Shown piece by piece: positions 18,002-25,996 of a stretch of DNA of 28,462 bases. The translations under genes and the position numbers were made by a program. A model generated the notes under the pieces. The model did no database searches. It saw only the letters and a program-made list of their open reading frames with translations, and was not told the DNA's origin. The stretch lies in NCBI GenBank assembly GCA_031409335.1, contig JANNWY010000064.1, forward strand, positions 1 to 28,462, in the 5' to 3' direction. The stretch is from Chthoniobacteraceae bacterium (lineage in GTDB: Bacteria; Verrucomicrobiota; Verrucomicrobiia; Chthoniobacterales; Chthoniobacteraceae). Positions within the stretch are counted from its first letter, which is position 1. Each line of letters starts with the position of its first letter.

Positions 18002-18371
18002 AGGTGATTTCGATGGCAAACTCCCGCGCGTCCATACGGAGCAAAGCGTGGAAAGGGGTCGCTTCTTGAAATTCGCTCTTGGCAGAGGCGGATAGTCAGG
18101 CGAGCTCAGGCGAGAATGGGGAAAGGGTCGGGGCTGGCGCGCATCTTTCCGGGAGACCGAGCTTGATGCTGCGGGAGGGAGTGTCTCCGTTCGTAAGACG
18201 AACCGACGAACCGCGTTCAGCGGGGAGACAACCGACTCGATGGGTGTTTGTGGGGACATGACCAGCGGGACTGCTGATGCGAAACCGCAATTGGTCCGGC
18301 AAAGGCACGCAGCGATTTCGGAAAAACTGTTCGTGCCAGTGCTTTGTTTCTCCATCTTCGCTGCTTTGGAA

Positions 18372-19994
18372 ATGTCCACCGCCCGCGAAAAGCCCGATCA
18401 CAAAGTGAAACTGCGCGATGTCCCGCACAAGCCGGGCGTTTACATCATGCGCGATCGTTTCAACCGCGTGATCTACGTCGGCAAGGCGCGCAGCCTGCGC
18501 AAACGCGTGAGCCAGTATTTCACGCCGAGCCGCACTATGCGCGCCGATCTGAAAACGCGCGCGCTCATCGACGCGATTTGGGATTTCGAGTGGCACGTCG
18601 TCGCCAGCGAGCCCGAGGCGCTGCTGCTGGAGGGCAAGCTGATCAAGGAATTCCGCCCGCGCTACAACGTGAGTTTTCGCGACGACAAACACTTCCTGCT
18701 CGTGAAATGCGAGCTGCGCGATGAGTGGCCGCGCTTCCGGCTGACGCGCGCGAAGAACGATGAGACGGCGCGATATTTCGGCCCGTTCGCGCACGCCGGG
18801 GCGCTGCGGCAGACGCTGGCGTTCATGCGGAAAAAATTCGGCGTGCTGACTTTCGGGCGCGGCAATCCGACGGAGCGCGAGCGGAAATCCTCGACGTATC
18901 AGGTGCCGATGAAACTCGCTGAGATCGACGAGACGCAATACCGTGAGCGGGTCGAGGCAGCGTGCGAATTTCTGGAAGGCCGCTCGAAAGAACTGCTCGC
19001 GGAGTTGGAAAAGGAGATGCACGCCTTCGCCGCGAAACTCGATTTCGAGCGCGCCGCCGAGCTGCGCAACATGCTCGACGACCTGCGCAAAACGACGAAG
19101 CCGATGTCGCGCTACACGCGCGATCAGCGCCACCGGCTCGGCGTCACCAGCACCATCGACCCGCCCGCCGACCTCGCGATCCTCGGCGAAGAATTGCTGC
19201 TGTCCGGCCCGCCGCGCCGCATGGAGTGCTTCGATATCTCCAACATCAGCAGCACGCACATCGTCGCGAGCATGGTCTGCTTCATCGACGGCCGCCCCGC
19301 GAACGCGCAATACCGCCGCTTCCGCATCACCGGCGTCGATGGGCAGGACGATTTTGCGAGCATGGCGGAAGTCGTGCGACGCAGGTATTCGCGGGTCTTG
19401 CGCGAAGCGGGAGCGATTGCGGATTGCGGATTGCAGATTGCGGATTCTGCCGATTCCACAGTCGATCTTTCGCCGGAGCATTCGCAGGAAACCCCCGCCG
19501 AAACACTCGCCCGCATCGCCGCGAACAATCCGCAATCCGCAATCCGCAATCCGCAATCGCTACCCAGCCTCATCATCGTCGATGGCGGCAAAGGCCAGCT
19601 CTCCGCGGCGTGCCGCGAACTCCAGCGGCTTGGCCTGCACGATCTGCCGATCATCGGTCTCGCGAAAGAGTTCGAGGAAATCCACCGGCCCGGCGTTGCG
19701 GAGCCGTTGCGCCTTTCGCACGAAAGCGGTGCGCTGAAAATGCTCCAGCGCATCCGCGACGAGGCGCACCGCTTCGCGAACGGCTACCATCAACTGCTGA
19801 TGAAACGTCGGATCGGCGAGAGTCTGCTCGACGAATGCCCCGGCGTTTCCGCGACGCGAAAAGCCGTTTTGCTCAAACGCTTTGGCAGCGTCGCCCGACT
19901 AAAGCGCGCCACCGTCGATCAGATCGCCGCCACCGAAGGCATCGGCCGCAAACTCGCGGAACAAGTCGTCGCATTCCTTGCCGAACGCGGATAG
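18372..19994 (+). CDS. uvrC: Excinuclease ABC subunit C
   Basis: GIY-YIG (PGVYIM...IYVGKARSLRKRVSQYF, EALLLE, PRYN), UVR (LDFERAAELR), RNase H-like (MECFDISN, DDFASM, VDGGKGQL, RIRDEAHRFA), C-terminal HhH. Confidence 0.96.
   Translation: MSTAREKPDHKVKLRDVPHKPGVYIMRDRFNRVIYVGKARSLRKRVSQYFTPSRTMRADLKTRALIDAIWDFEWHVVASEPEALLLEGKLIKEFRPRYNVSFRDDKHFLLVKCELRDEWPRFRLTRAKNDETARYFGPFAHAGALRQTLAFMRKKFGVLTFGRGNPTERERKSSTYQVPMKLAEIDETQYRERVEAACEFLEGRSKELLAELEKEMHAFAAKLDFERAAELRNMLDDLRKTTKPMSRYTRDQRHRLGVTSTIDPPADLAILGEELLLSGPPRRMECFDISNISSTHIVASMVCFIDGRPANAQYRRFRITGVDGQDDFASMAEVVRRRYSRVLREAGAIADCGLQIADSADSTVDLSPEHSQETPAETLARIAANNPQSAIRNPQSLPSLIIVDGGKGQLSAACRELQRLGLHDLPIIGLAKEFEEIHRPGVAEPLRLSHESGALKMLQRIRDEAHRFANGYHQLLMKRRIGESLLDECPGVSATRKAVLLKRFGSVARLKRATVDQIAATEGIGRKLAEQVVAFLAERG
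19412..19561. repeat. 150-bp palindromic element inside uvrC with 35-bp arms of tandem AATCCGC heptamers
   Basis: 19412-19446 AGCGATTGCGGATTGCGGATTGCAGATTGCGGATT is the reverse complement of 19527-19561 at 34/35 positions; 80-bp spacer. Confidence 0.92.
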
Positions 19995-20005
19995 CGAATT
20001 GCGCA

Positions 20006-21544
20006 ATGCGCTCCCCGATCCTCACCAGCGCGGCATTTTTCGCCGCGATTGCTTCGCTCCTCCACGCCCAAACCGTGCTGGTCGCGCCGTATGTCCAGCC
20101 GGGCAATGGCGCGACGCTTTCCGGCACGGATGTGAAGTCGCTCGTCTGGCTCACGGATCAGACGCCGGGTGAATTCACCGTCGAATACGGCTTGTCCGGC
20201 AAGCCAGCGCGCACCAGTGCCGCGACGAAAAGCGCGCTGGATTTTCCCCTTCCAAAAAAGGCGGCAAAGCCGACACCGGTTCCCAATCCCGAGCCCGAGG
20301 TGCCGACGACGCTCGAGGATTTGAAGAAGGAAGAGATCGCTTCCAGTTCCGTGCCGTTCGTGGAGAAGAAGCAGGGCTATTTCCGATACGTCGCGGATTT
20401 GTCGGGCCTGCCATTCGACAGCACGATCAGCTATCGCGTAAAGCTGGGCGGCAAGCTCGTGCGCGAGGGTGCTTTTAAGACGCGTGCCTCGGCGGGAAAG
20501 GCGATTCGTTTCGTGGCAGTGGGCGATCTCGCCACCGGCAAACCGCAGCAGAACGGCGTGGCGTGGCAGATCGCGCAGCAGAAAGCGGATTTCATGATCG
20601 CGCTGGGCGACATCGTTTATTCCGCCGGCCGCGCGGGTCAGTATCTGCATCATTTTTTCCCGACGTACAACGACGTCGCGCTGCCGTCGCCGAAGACCGG
20701 CGCACAGATCATGGCCTCGCTGCCGATCTACCCGATCATCGGGAATCACGATATCGAGGCCGCGCGCTTGTCCGCGTATCCCGATGCCTGGGCGGCGTTT
20801 TATTTTTTCCGCGTTCCGAAAAACGGACCGGGGACCGGCGCGTGGACTCCGGCGCCGTCGAAAAATAAAAAGATCGCGACGGATTTTCAGAATCTCGCTG
20901 GCGCGGAGTTTCCGGCGATGCTGAACTACTCGTGGGACAGCGGCCCCGCGCATTTCATGGCACTCGATTGCGGCGCGCATGTGAAGGCGGACGATCCCGG
21001 ACTGCTCGCGTGGATCGAGCGCGATCTGAAAGCATCGAAGCAGCCGTGGAAAATCGTCTGCTTCCACGCGCCCGCCTTTCACACCTCGCGGGAACACTAC
21101 ACGCAGCAGAAAATGCGGTTGTGGGAGCCGGTCTTCGAGCAGTGCGGAGTGGATGTCGTGCTCAACGGGCACGTCCACAATTACCAGCGCTCGAAGCCGC
21201 TCCGCTTCAAGCCCGTCGGCAAGCGCGACAAAAGCGGCAGGCAAAACGGTGAACTCACGCTCGACGAAACTTTCGATGGCGTGAAAGACACGACGCCCGA
21301 GGGCATCATCCACATCGTGAGCGGCGGCGGCGGCGCATCGCTTTACAGCCAGGATTTCCCAAAGACCGTCGCCTATTTGCAGAAGAAAAACGGCGCAAAC
21401 TACGCGCCGCTCACCGCGAATTACTTCGCCGCGAAGCACTCTTTTTCCGTCGTGGACATCACGCCCGCGACCTTCAAGCTGCGCCAGATCGCGATCAGCG
21501 GCGAGGAGGTCGATGCCTTCACCATCACAAAATCCGCGCGCTGA
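20006..21544 (+). CDS. Secreted calcineurin-like metallophosphoesterase (purple acid phosphatase-like)
   Basis: Signal peptide ending LHA-Q; PYVQ...W N-terminal domain; motifs GD, GDIVY, GNHD, H, GHVHNYQR. Confidence 0.9.
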   Translation: MRSPILTSAAFFAAIASLLHAQTVLVAPYVQPGNGATLSGTDVKSLVWLTDQTPGEFTVEYGLSGKPARTSAATKSALDFPLPKKAAKPTPVPNPEPEVPTTLEDLKKEEIASSSVPFVEKKQGYFRYVADLSGLPFDSTISYRVKLGGKLVREGAFKTRASAGKAIRFVAVGDLATGKPQQNGVAWQIAQQKADFMIALGDIVYSAGRAGQYLHHFFPTYNDVALPSPKTGAQIMASLPIYPIIGNHDIEAARLSAYPDAWAAFYFFRVPKNGPGTGAWTPAPSKNKKIATDFQNLAGAEFPAMLNYSWDSGPAHFMALDCGAHVKADDPGLLAWIERDLKASKQPWKIVCFHAPAFHTSREHYTQQKMRLWEPVFEQCGVDVVLNGHVHNYQRSKPLRFKPVGKRDKSGRQNGELTLDETFDGVKDTTPEGIIHIVSGGGGASLYSQDFPKTVAYLQKKNGANYAPLTANYFAAKHSFSVVDITPATFKLRQIAISGEEVDAFTITKSAR

Positions 21545-21556
21545 TTTGCCCGCGGT

Positions 21557-22234
21557 TTAGTCCGGCAGGCCGCTCGTTTCCGTATCGAAAATCGCGCGCT
21601 CCAGCCAGCGCGCGAGGTACGCGCACAGCCGCGGCTTGTCCGCGCAGAGAGCCGGCTCGATGTCGCGTTCGCAAAAGCCAAAGCCGGGGCCGAATGCCGC
21701 GCCATTGACCACGCAGGCGTCGCTGCGCGCGGTTTCGATCTGCCGGGCGGCGGCGGCGAGCGCGTCGTCGCGCGTGCCGGTGAGTTCGTATTTCCAGCCG
21801 ACGATTTTGCTCGATGGAAACAGGATGCGCAGGTCGTCGATCAGCTTCAGCGCAGGCTCGAGCGTGAGCGTGAGTTCGCCGGATCGGCTCGGGATTTTGG
21901 CTGCGGCGATTTCGATGCCTTCGCTCGATTGCACGCTCTTTACCCGGTAGTCGGAGAGCGCCGCGGCGTGGAAAACCGCGCTGATTTCGCCGCGTCCTTC
22001 GACCGTGCCGAGGCCCGCGCGCAGGTTTTCGTTCGTGGTGAAATTGACCGTCTGCGCACCCTCGACGCGCAGCGGACAAGTCGCGCCCACACCTTTGAAA
22101 CACAGCACCTCGAAGCCCGCGCGCGTCAGTCGATTTGCCAGCAGGATGCCGAGTTCGCCGGTCGAGAAATTCGTGATTCGGCGAACTTCATCGATCGGCT
22201 CGTAGCTTGGCCCGCACGTGACGATGACTTTCAC
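21557..22234 (-). CDS. coaB: Stand-alone phosphopantothenate-cysteine ligase (CoaB/DFP domain)
   Basis: VIVTCGPSYEPIDEVRRITNFSTGELG, HAAALSDY, KIPS, IVGWKYE. GTG start; no flavoprotein CoaC domain. Confidence 0.82.
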   Translation of the reverse strand: MKVIVTCGPSYEPIDEVRRITNFSTGELGILLANRLTRAGFEVLCFKGVGATCPLRVEGAQTVNFTTNENLRAGLGTVEGRGEISAVFHAAALSDYRVKSVQSSEGIEIAAAKIPSRSGELTLTLEPALKLIDDLRILFPSSKIVGWKYELTGTRDDALAAAARQIETARSDACVVNGAAFGPGFGFCERDIEPALCADKPRLCAYLARWLERAIFDTETSGLPD

Positions 22235-22240
22235 GCGCGC

Positions 22241-22287
22241 ACCATGAACGCAGGCGGCTTGCGCGGCAAGCGCCAGCACCGCATCTT
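22241..22287. promoter_or_regulatory. Overlapping divergent sigma70-type leaderless promoters
   Basis: Plus: TTGCGC(22259)-N17-CATCTT-N6-ATG(22294). Minus: TTGCCG(22269)-N17-CATGGT-N6-GTG(22234). Confidence 0.6.
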
Positions 22288-22293
22288 CACGAC

Positions 22294-22506
22294 ATGGATC
22301 GAGCCACCGCCATTTCCGAAATCCGCGACGCCTGCAACGCCATCGCTGCCGGCGTGACGCGCGTGCATCCGCTGCTGCCCGCGCTCGCCGACGAGCCGAC
22401 GAAATCCGAAATCGTGAAGGCGCTTTTCGAACTCACGAAAAACGTCGAGGTCGTGAAGAAGCAGGTGATGCGCTTGGAGAAGCGCGACGACAGCGCGCTG
22501 CTATAA
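22294..22506 (+). CDS. Small helical hypothetical protein (70 aa)
   Basis: Fills the gap between coaB and the ABC operon; ATG start, promoter-like upstream sequence, GC3-rich codons, amphipathic pattern. Confidence 0.75.
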   Translation: MDRATAISEIRDACNAIAAGVTRVHPLLPALADEPTKSEIVKALFELTKNVEVVKKQVMRLEKRDDSALL

Positions 22507-22547
22507 ACCGCCGGTCGCGCTGCCTGCTGAGAAGAGGGCTTTCGCAC

Positions 22548-24428
22548 CTACAAGTTCGTCTCCGCCCACGGCTCGAAGACTGGCAACCGAGTCTCCGGCG
22601 TGCGCCAGCCGAGCAGGTAGCGGAGCCGGGGCTGGAGCACGCGCGCGCGGGGCAGCGCGAAAGTGCCGTCGTCGCGCCGCGGTAGTTCGGGCATTTCCAT
22701 TTTCAGCAAATCCTCGCCTTCGATCAGGCAGAGCAAATCGCCCGGCGCGGTGCCGTCGAATTTCGGGCGGATGACGATCTCATCGCCCTCCACGGAAACC
22801 GTCGCCGAGACGCGCGGCATTTTTTTCACGAACGCTTTCTGCTCATCCGCGATCGTCGCGCACGCGCCTTCGTACGCCGCGACCACGCGCTCGAAATCGA
22901 GTTGCGCGGCCTGCATCGTGTCGCGCCAGAGCGCGCTGCCGGCGAGTCCGGCGGGTTTGTTTTGGCGGGCAAATGCGCGCAGCAATTTCGCGGGTGCGTC
23001 GCTGCCGTGGGTTTCGATGAGCGCGCGGGCGAAGACTTCGCCGAGCGGGTAGGCGAGATTCGCGTCGCGCGCGCGGCTTAATTCTGTGTCGTCGCACAGC
23101 AGCTCGAACGGCACCACCCCGCGCGCCCATGCCGCGGCAACGCTGCGACGGTTTTGCGCGCGCTCGGTTTCGTCGGCGAAAAGCTGCTGCTCGATGTGCG
23201 TGGCGAGTCCCTCGTGCAGGAAGCGGATGTAGCGGAAATGCGCGGTCAATTTTCCATCGCTGAGTTGCCCGATGAAAACGTGCGCCGTCTCGTGGCCGAG
23301 GATCAGCTTTTGTTCATCGAGGTTTTGCTCCGGAAAAATAGGCAGCCGGATTTTCGTCCAGTTCGTCTGCCCCGCCGCGTGCGGCATCACCGGGCTCGCG
23401 AGATCGACGACGATGCGCGACGGCGGCGGTGCCGCGTCGAGCAGATGCCGCACGGAGCCGAACACGGCGTCCGCCTCCGCGATCAGCGGCGCGGCCTGCG
23501 CGCGCTGCGCGGAGCGGAAGAGGAATTCGTAATAGACCGTCTCCTCCCGCGCGAAGGCCGCCTCGCCGAGCGGCATCGCGGCGAGCTTCGCCTCGTCGGC
23601 GGCGGCGGAGCCGAAGATGCGCACCATCGCCGCGATCCACACGAGCGGCGCGAGGAGGCGCAACCCCGCGCCGAGCAGCCGCAGCACGCGCCATTTCCCG
23701 AGCTGCCCGGCGACGAATTGCGCGCGGTCGCCGAGACTGAGAAAACCGAGCCACGCGATGCCCAGCAGCGCCGCGGTGGCGCCGACGTGCGCGGCGACGT
23801 GGCTCCACGGCACCCGCACGCGCCCCTCATCGAAACTCGCGCCGAGCAGTTCGTACGGATTGAAGAGCGCGATCTTTTCCACCCCGCGCGCGTGCAGCCA
23901 GAGGTAGCCGCCGAAGAGCAGCCCGACCACCAGCGCGAACCAGCGCCGCACAAACGAAAACGCCAGCGCCAGCGCGACGAGAAATGCCGCCGCGACCGCT
24001 TGCAGCCAGATTTGCGCGCCGAGGAAATTCCACGCGAGCGGCCCGTCCGGCGACGCGCGCGAGAGCCAGTCGAGCAGCACGATCGCGGGCACGTCGATGA
24101 GCATGACGAGAAGTGTGACCGCGAGGGCCGCGAGATATTTCGCGATGAAAAGCCGCGTGCGCGACACCGGCAGGCCGTCGAGAAAACGGAGCGTGCCCTG
24201 CTCGCTTTCATTGATGAGCACGCCCGCGCCGATCATCAGCGCGAAGAGCGCGAGCGCGGCGAACGAGCCGGAGCGATCGTCCGCCAGCCACGCCGAGGGG
24301 ATGAACTTTTGCTCGTCTGGCATTTCCGTCGCGAAAGTGTAGGCGACGCCGAGCAGGAACATCCCGAGGATGCAAAAAACGAAAGGCCGCAGCGCGCGAA
24401 ATTCCTTGGCCAGCAGCGCGCGCATCAT
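22548..24428 (-). CDS. ABC-2 type permease fused to a C-terminal gluzincin (HExxH) metallopeptidase-like domain
   Basis: MMRALLAKEFR, ESEQGTLRFLDGLPVSRTRLFIAK, several TM segments, then GHETAH-x22-E (FLHEGLA) and LAYPLG. Confidence 0.85.
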   Translation of the reverse strand: MMRALLAKEFRALRPFVFCILGMFLLGVAYTFATEMPDEQKFIPSAWLADDRSGSFAALALFALMIGAGVLINESEQGTLRFLDGLPVSRTRLFIAKYLAALAVTLLVMLIDVPAIVLLDWLSRASPDGPLAWNFLGAQIWLQAVAAAFLVALALAFSFVRRWFALVVGLLFGGYLWLHARGVEKIALFNPYELLGASFDEGRVRVPWSHVAAHVGATAALLGIAWLGFLSLGDRAQFVAGQLGKWRVLRLLGAGLRLLAPLVWIAAMVRIFGSAAADEAKLAAMPLGEAAFAREETVYYEFLFRSAQRAQAAPLIAEADAVFGSVRHLLDAAPPPSRIVVDLASPVMPHAAGQTNWTKIRLPIFPEQNLDEQKLILGHETAHVFIGQLSDGKLTAHFRYIRFLHEGLATHIEQQLFADETERAQNRRSVAAAWARGVVPFELLCDDTELSRARDANLAYPLGEVFARALIETHGSDAPAKLLRAFARQNKPAGLAGSALWRDTMQAAQLDFERVVAAYEGACATIADEQKAFVKKMPRVSATVSVEGDEIVIRPKFDGTAPGDLLCLIEGEDLLKMEMPELPRRDDGTFALPRARVLQPRLRYLLGWRTPETRLPVFEPWAETNL

Positions 24429-25996
24429 GGCGTGGTGGAAAGGGCGAGCGCGTCGCGCCATTCGCGGGCGAACTGCTTTTCATCGACGCCCGTGGCGGCG
24501 CGAAAAAGGCGCGCGCGCGGGCGGAACACGTCCGCGAGCCAGCCGCGAAAATCCGCCGGGCGGTGCTCGCGAAACATCGCGGCGAGGAAGCGCTGCCGGG
24601 CCTCCGCGCCGTGGCGCTGCGCGAGCACGACGAGGCCGGTCGCGGCGAGCGTTCCCGAGCCGCGCAGGTTGTCTTCGCGTGCCACGGACAGCCAGGCATC
24701 GAGATGCCGCGCGGAAAAATCCGGCGGCAAAGTGGGGCGCGCTTTCGCAACCCATTTTGGGTTGAGGTCCGATTCCGCTGCTGCACGCGGCTGGCGGTAC
24801 GGCCACCAGGCGCTGAGCGCGTCATGCACCCACGCATTGCGCTCGCGGCCCGCGAGACCGCCAGTGTGCGCGAGCAGCGTCTGCTGGACGATCGCTTCAA
24901 GGAGGTCGCGTTCGTAAAATTCCTTCGCCGTGAGATTTGCCCGCACCATCCCGCCCTGCGCGGGCTTCAGCCCTCCCGACTGCACCGCGCCGCCCGCGAG
25001 ATCGCGCCGATGCACGATGAAGACGGGCGGAAAAGTCGCGCAGCCGAGATACTCCGCGAGCGCACCGAGTTCGTCCGCGGCCCGCTGCGCCACGCGCTCG
25101 AGCGCCGCCGTTTCCTCGCGAGTCGGCGCATCGACCGCCGCGGATGCGAAGACGCGCACCACGCCGCGCTGCGCCTCGGTCGCGCCCGGCATTTGCACGG
25201 GCGTCGCCGTCTGGCGGTGCTCGGCGATGTAGCCGCAGAGCATCAGCACGGTCAGCGTGAGAAAGGTAATGAAGACCTTTTCGCGCGGCGACATTTTTTC
25301 CGCGAGCAGCGAGGCGACCGAGGCATCGCGCACGAGGCCCATCGCAAAACCGAGCGCCGCCAGCCCGAGCCCGAGCGCCGCCGCGATCGCGAGCGCGCGC
25401 CCCGGCAGCACGAAACGCTCGTAGGCGAAGCGGTCGTCGATCAGCGCAAACGGCCCGAACTCCGAAACCCGCACGCCACTGGTATCGAGCGTGAAATATC
25501 CGAAGAGCAGCGCCAGTCCGAACGCGACGCGGTAGCGCCCGAGGAAAGCGTGCGCGAAGCAAAGCGTGTAGATGAACCAAACCCAGCCCGCGGATTTCAG
25601 CGCGACGAGCGCGGCGAAGCGCGGCGTGATCGCATCGGTGCCGCGCGCCTGCCACCAGGCTGCGAAAATGGCCGCGCCGATGGCACCCGCGAGCACCGCG
25701 AGACCGAGCGTGAATTTCACCGCGAGCATCCGCCAGCGCGGCAGCGGCAGGCCTTCGAGAAAGAGCTGCGTCTTCTGCCGAAACTCGGTGGCGATGAGCA
25801 TCTGGCCGAGCACCAGCGCGGCGAGCGGCACGTAAGTCGTGTGGAGCAATTGCACCGCGGAAAAGCCGCCGCCCAACGCGCGGTGCAGCGGCCCGTGGCC
25901 GGCGATGAGCGCGAGCCCGCCGAGCACGACGAGGAAGAGGAACATCAGCGCGAAACCGTGCTGGCGGAGTTCCTTCGTGAGCAGGCCGCGGATCAT
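24425..25996 (-). CDS. ABC-2 type permease with a C-terminal degenerate peptidase-like domain
   Basis: MIRGLLTKELR, EFRQKTQLFLEGLPLPRWRMLAVK, several TM segments; the soluble domain has WVHDAL at the FLHEGL-equivalent position but no HExxH. Confidence 0.8.
   Translation of the reverse strand: MIRGLLTKELRQHGFALMFLFLVVLGGLALIAGHGPLHRALGGGFSAVQLLHTTYVPLAALVLGQMLIATEFRQKTQLFLEGLPLPRWRMLAVKFTLGLAVLAGAIGAAIFAAWWQARGTDAITPRFAALVALKSAGWVWFIYTLCFAHAFLGRYRVAFGLALLFGYFTLDTSGVRVSEFGPFALIDDRFAYERFVLPGRALAIAAALGLGLAALGFAMGLVRDASVASLLAEKMSPREKVFITFLTLTVLMLCGYIAEHRQTATPVQMPGATEAQRGVVRVFASAAVDAPTREETAALERVAQRAADELGALAEYLGCATFPPVFIVHRRDLAGGAVQSGGLKPAQGGMVRANLTAKEFYERDLLEAIVQQTLLAHTGGLAGRERNAWVHDALSAWWPYRQPRAAAESDLNPKWVAKARPTLPPDFSARHLDAWLSVAREDNLRGSGTLAATGLVVLAQRHGAEARQRFLAAMFREHRPADFRGWLADVFRPRARLFRAATGVDEKQFAREWRDALALSTTP

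Noticed and set aside
18015..18047. GGCAAAC...GCAAAGC resembling a c-di-GMP-I riboswitch
   Set aside because: No GNRA-capped P2 stem, no tetraloop receptor and no convincing P1 or P3.
18274..18285. CTGATGCGAAAC resembling a hammerhead ribozyme core
   Set aside because: CUGAUGA is imperfect, stem II is absent and no stem III or cleavage triplet can be built.
18328..18341. Possible Verrucomicrobia-type LexA box (TGTTC-N4-GAACA) upstream of uvrC
   Set aside because: Only the TGTTC half-site is present; the second half reads CAGTG.
19412..19561. Intein, intron or CRISPR interpretation of the uvrC insert
   Set aside because: Too short, with no C/S...HN intein ends, no intron core motifs and no repeat-spacer periodicity.
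18962..20005. 860-aa ORF suggesting a long N-terminal extension of the phosphoesterase
   Set aside because: It is an alternative frame of uvrC with Arg/Pro-rich shadow composition; the signal peptide begins at ATG 20006.
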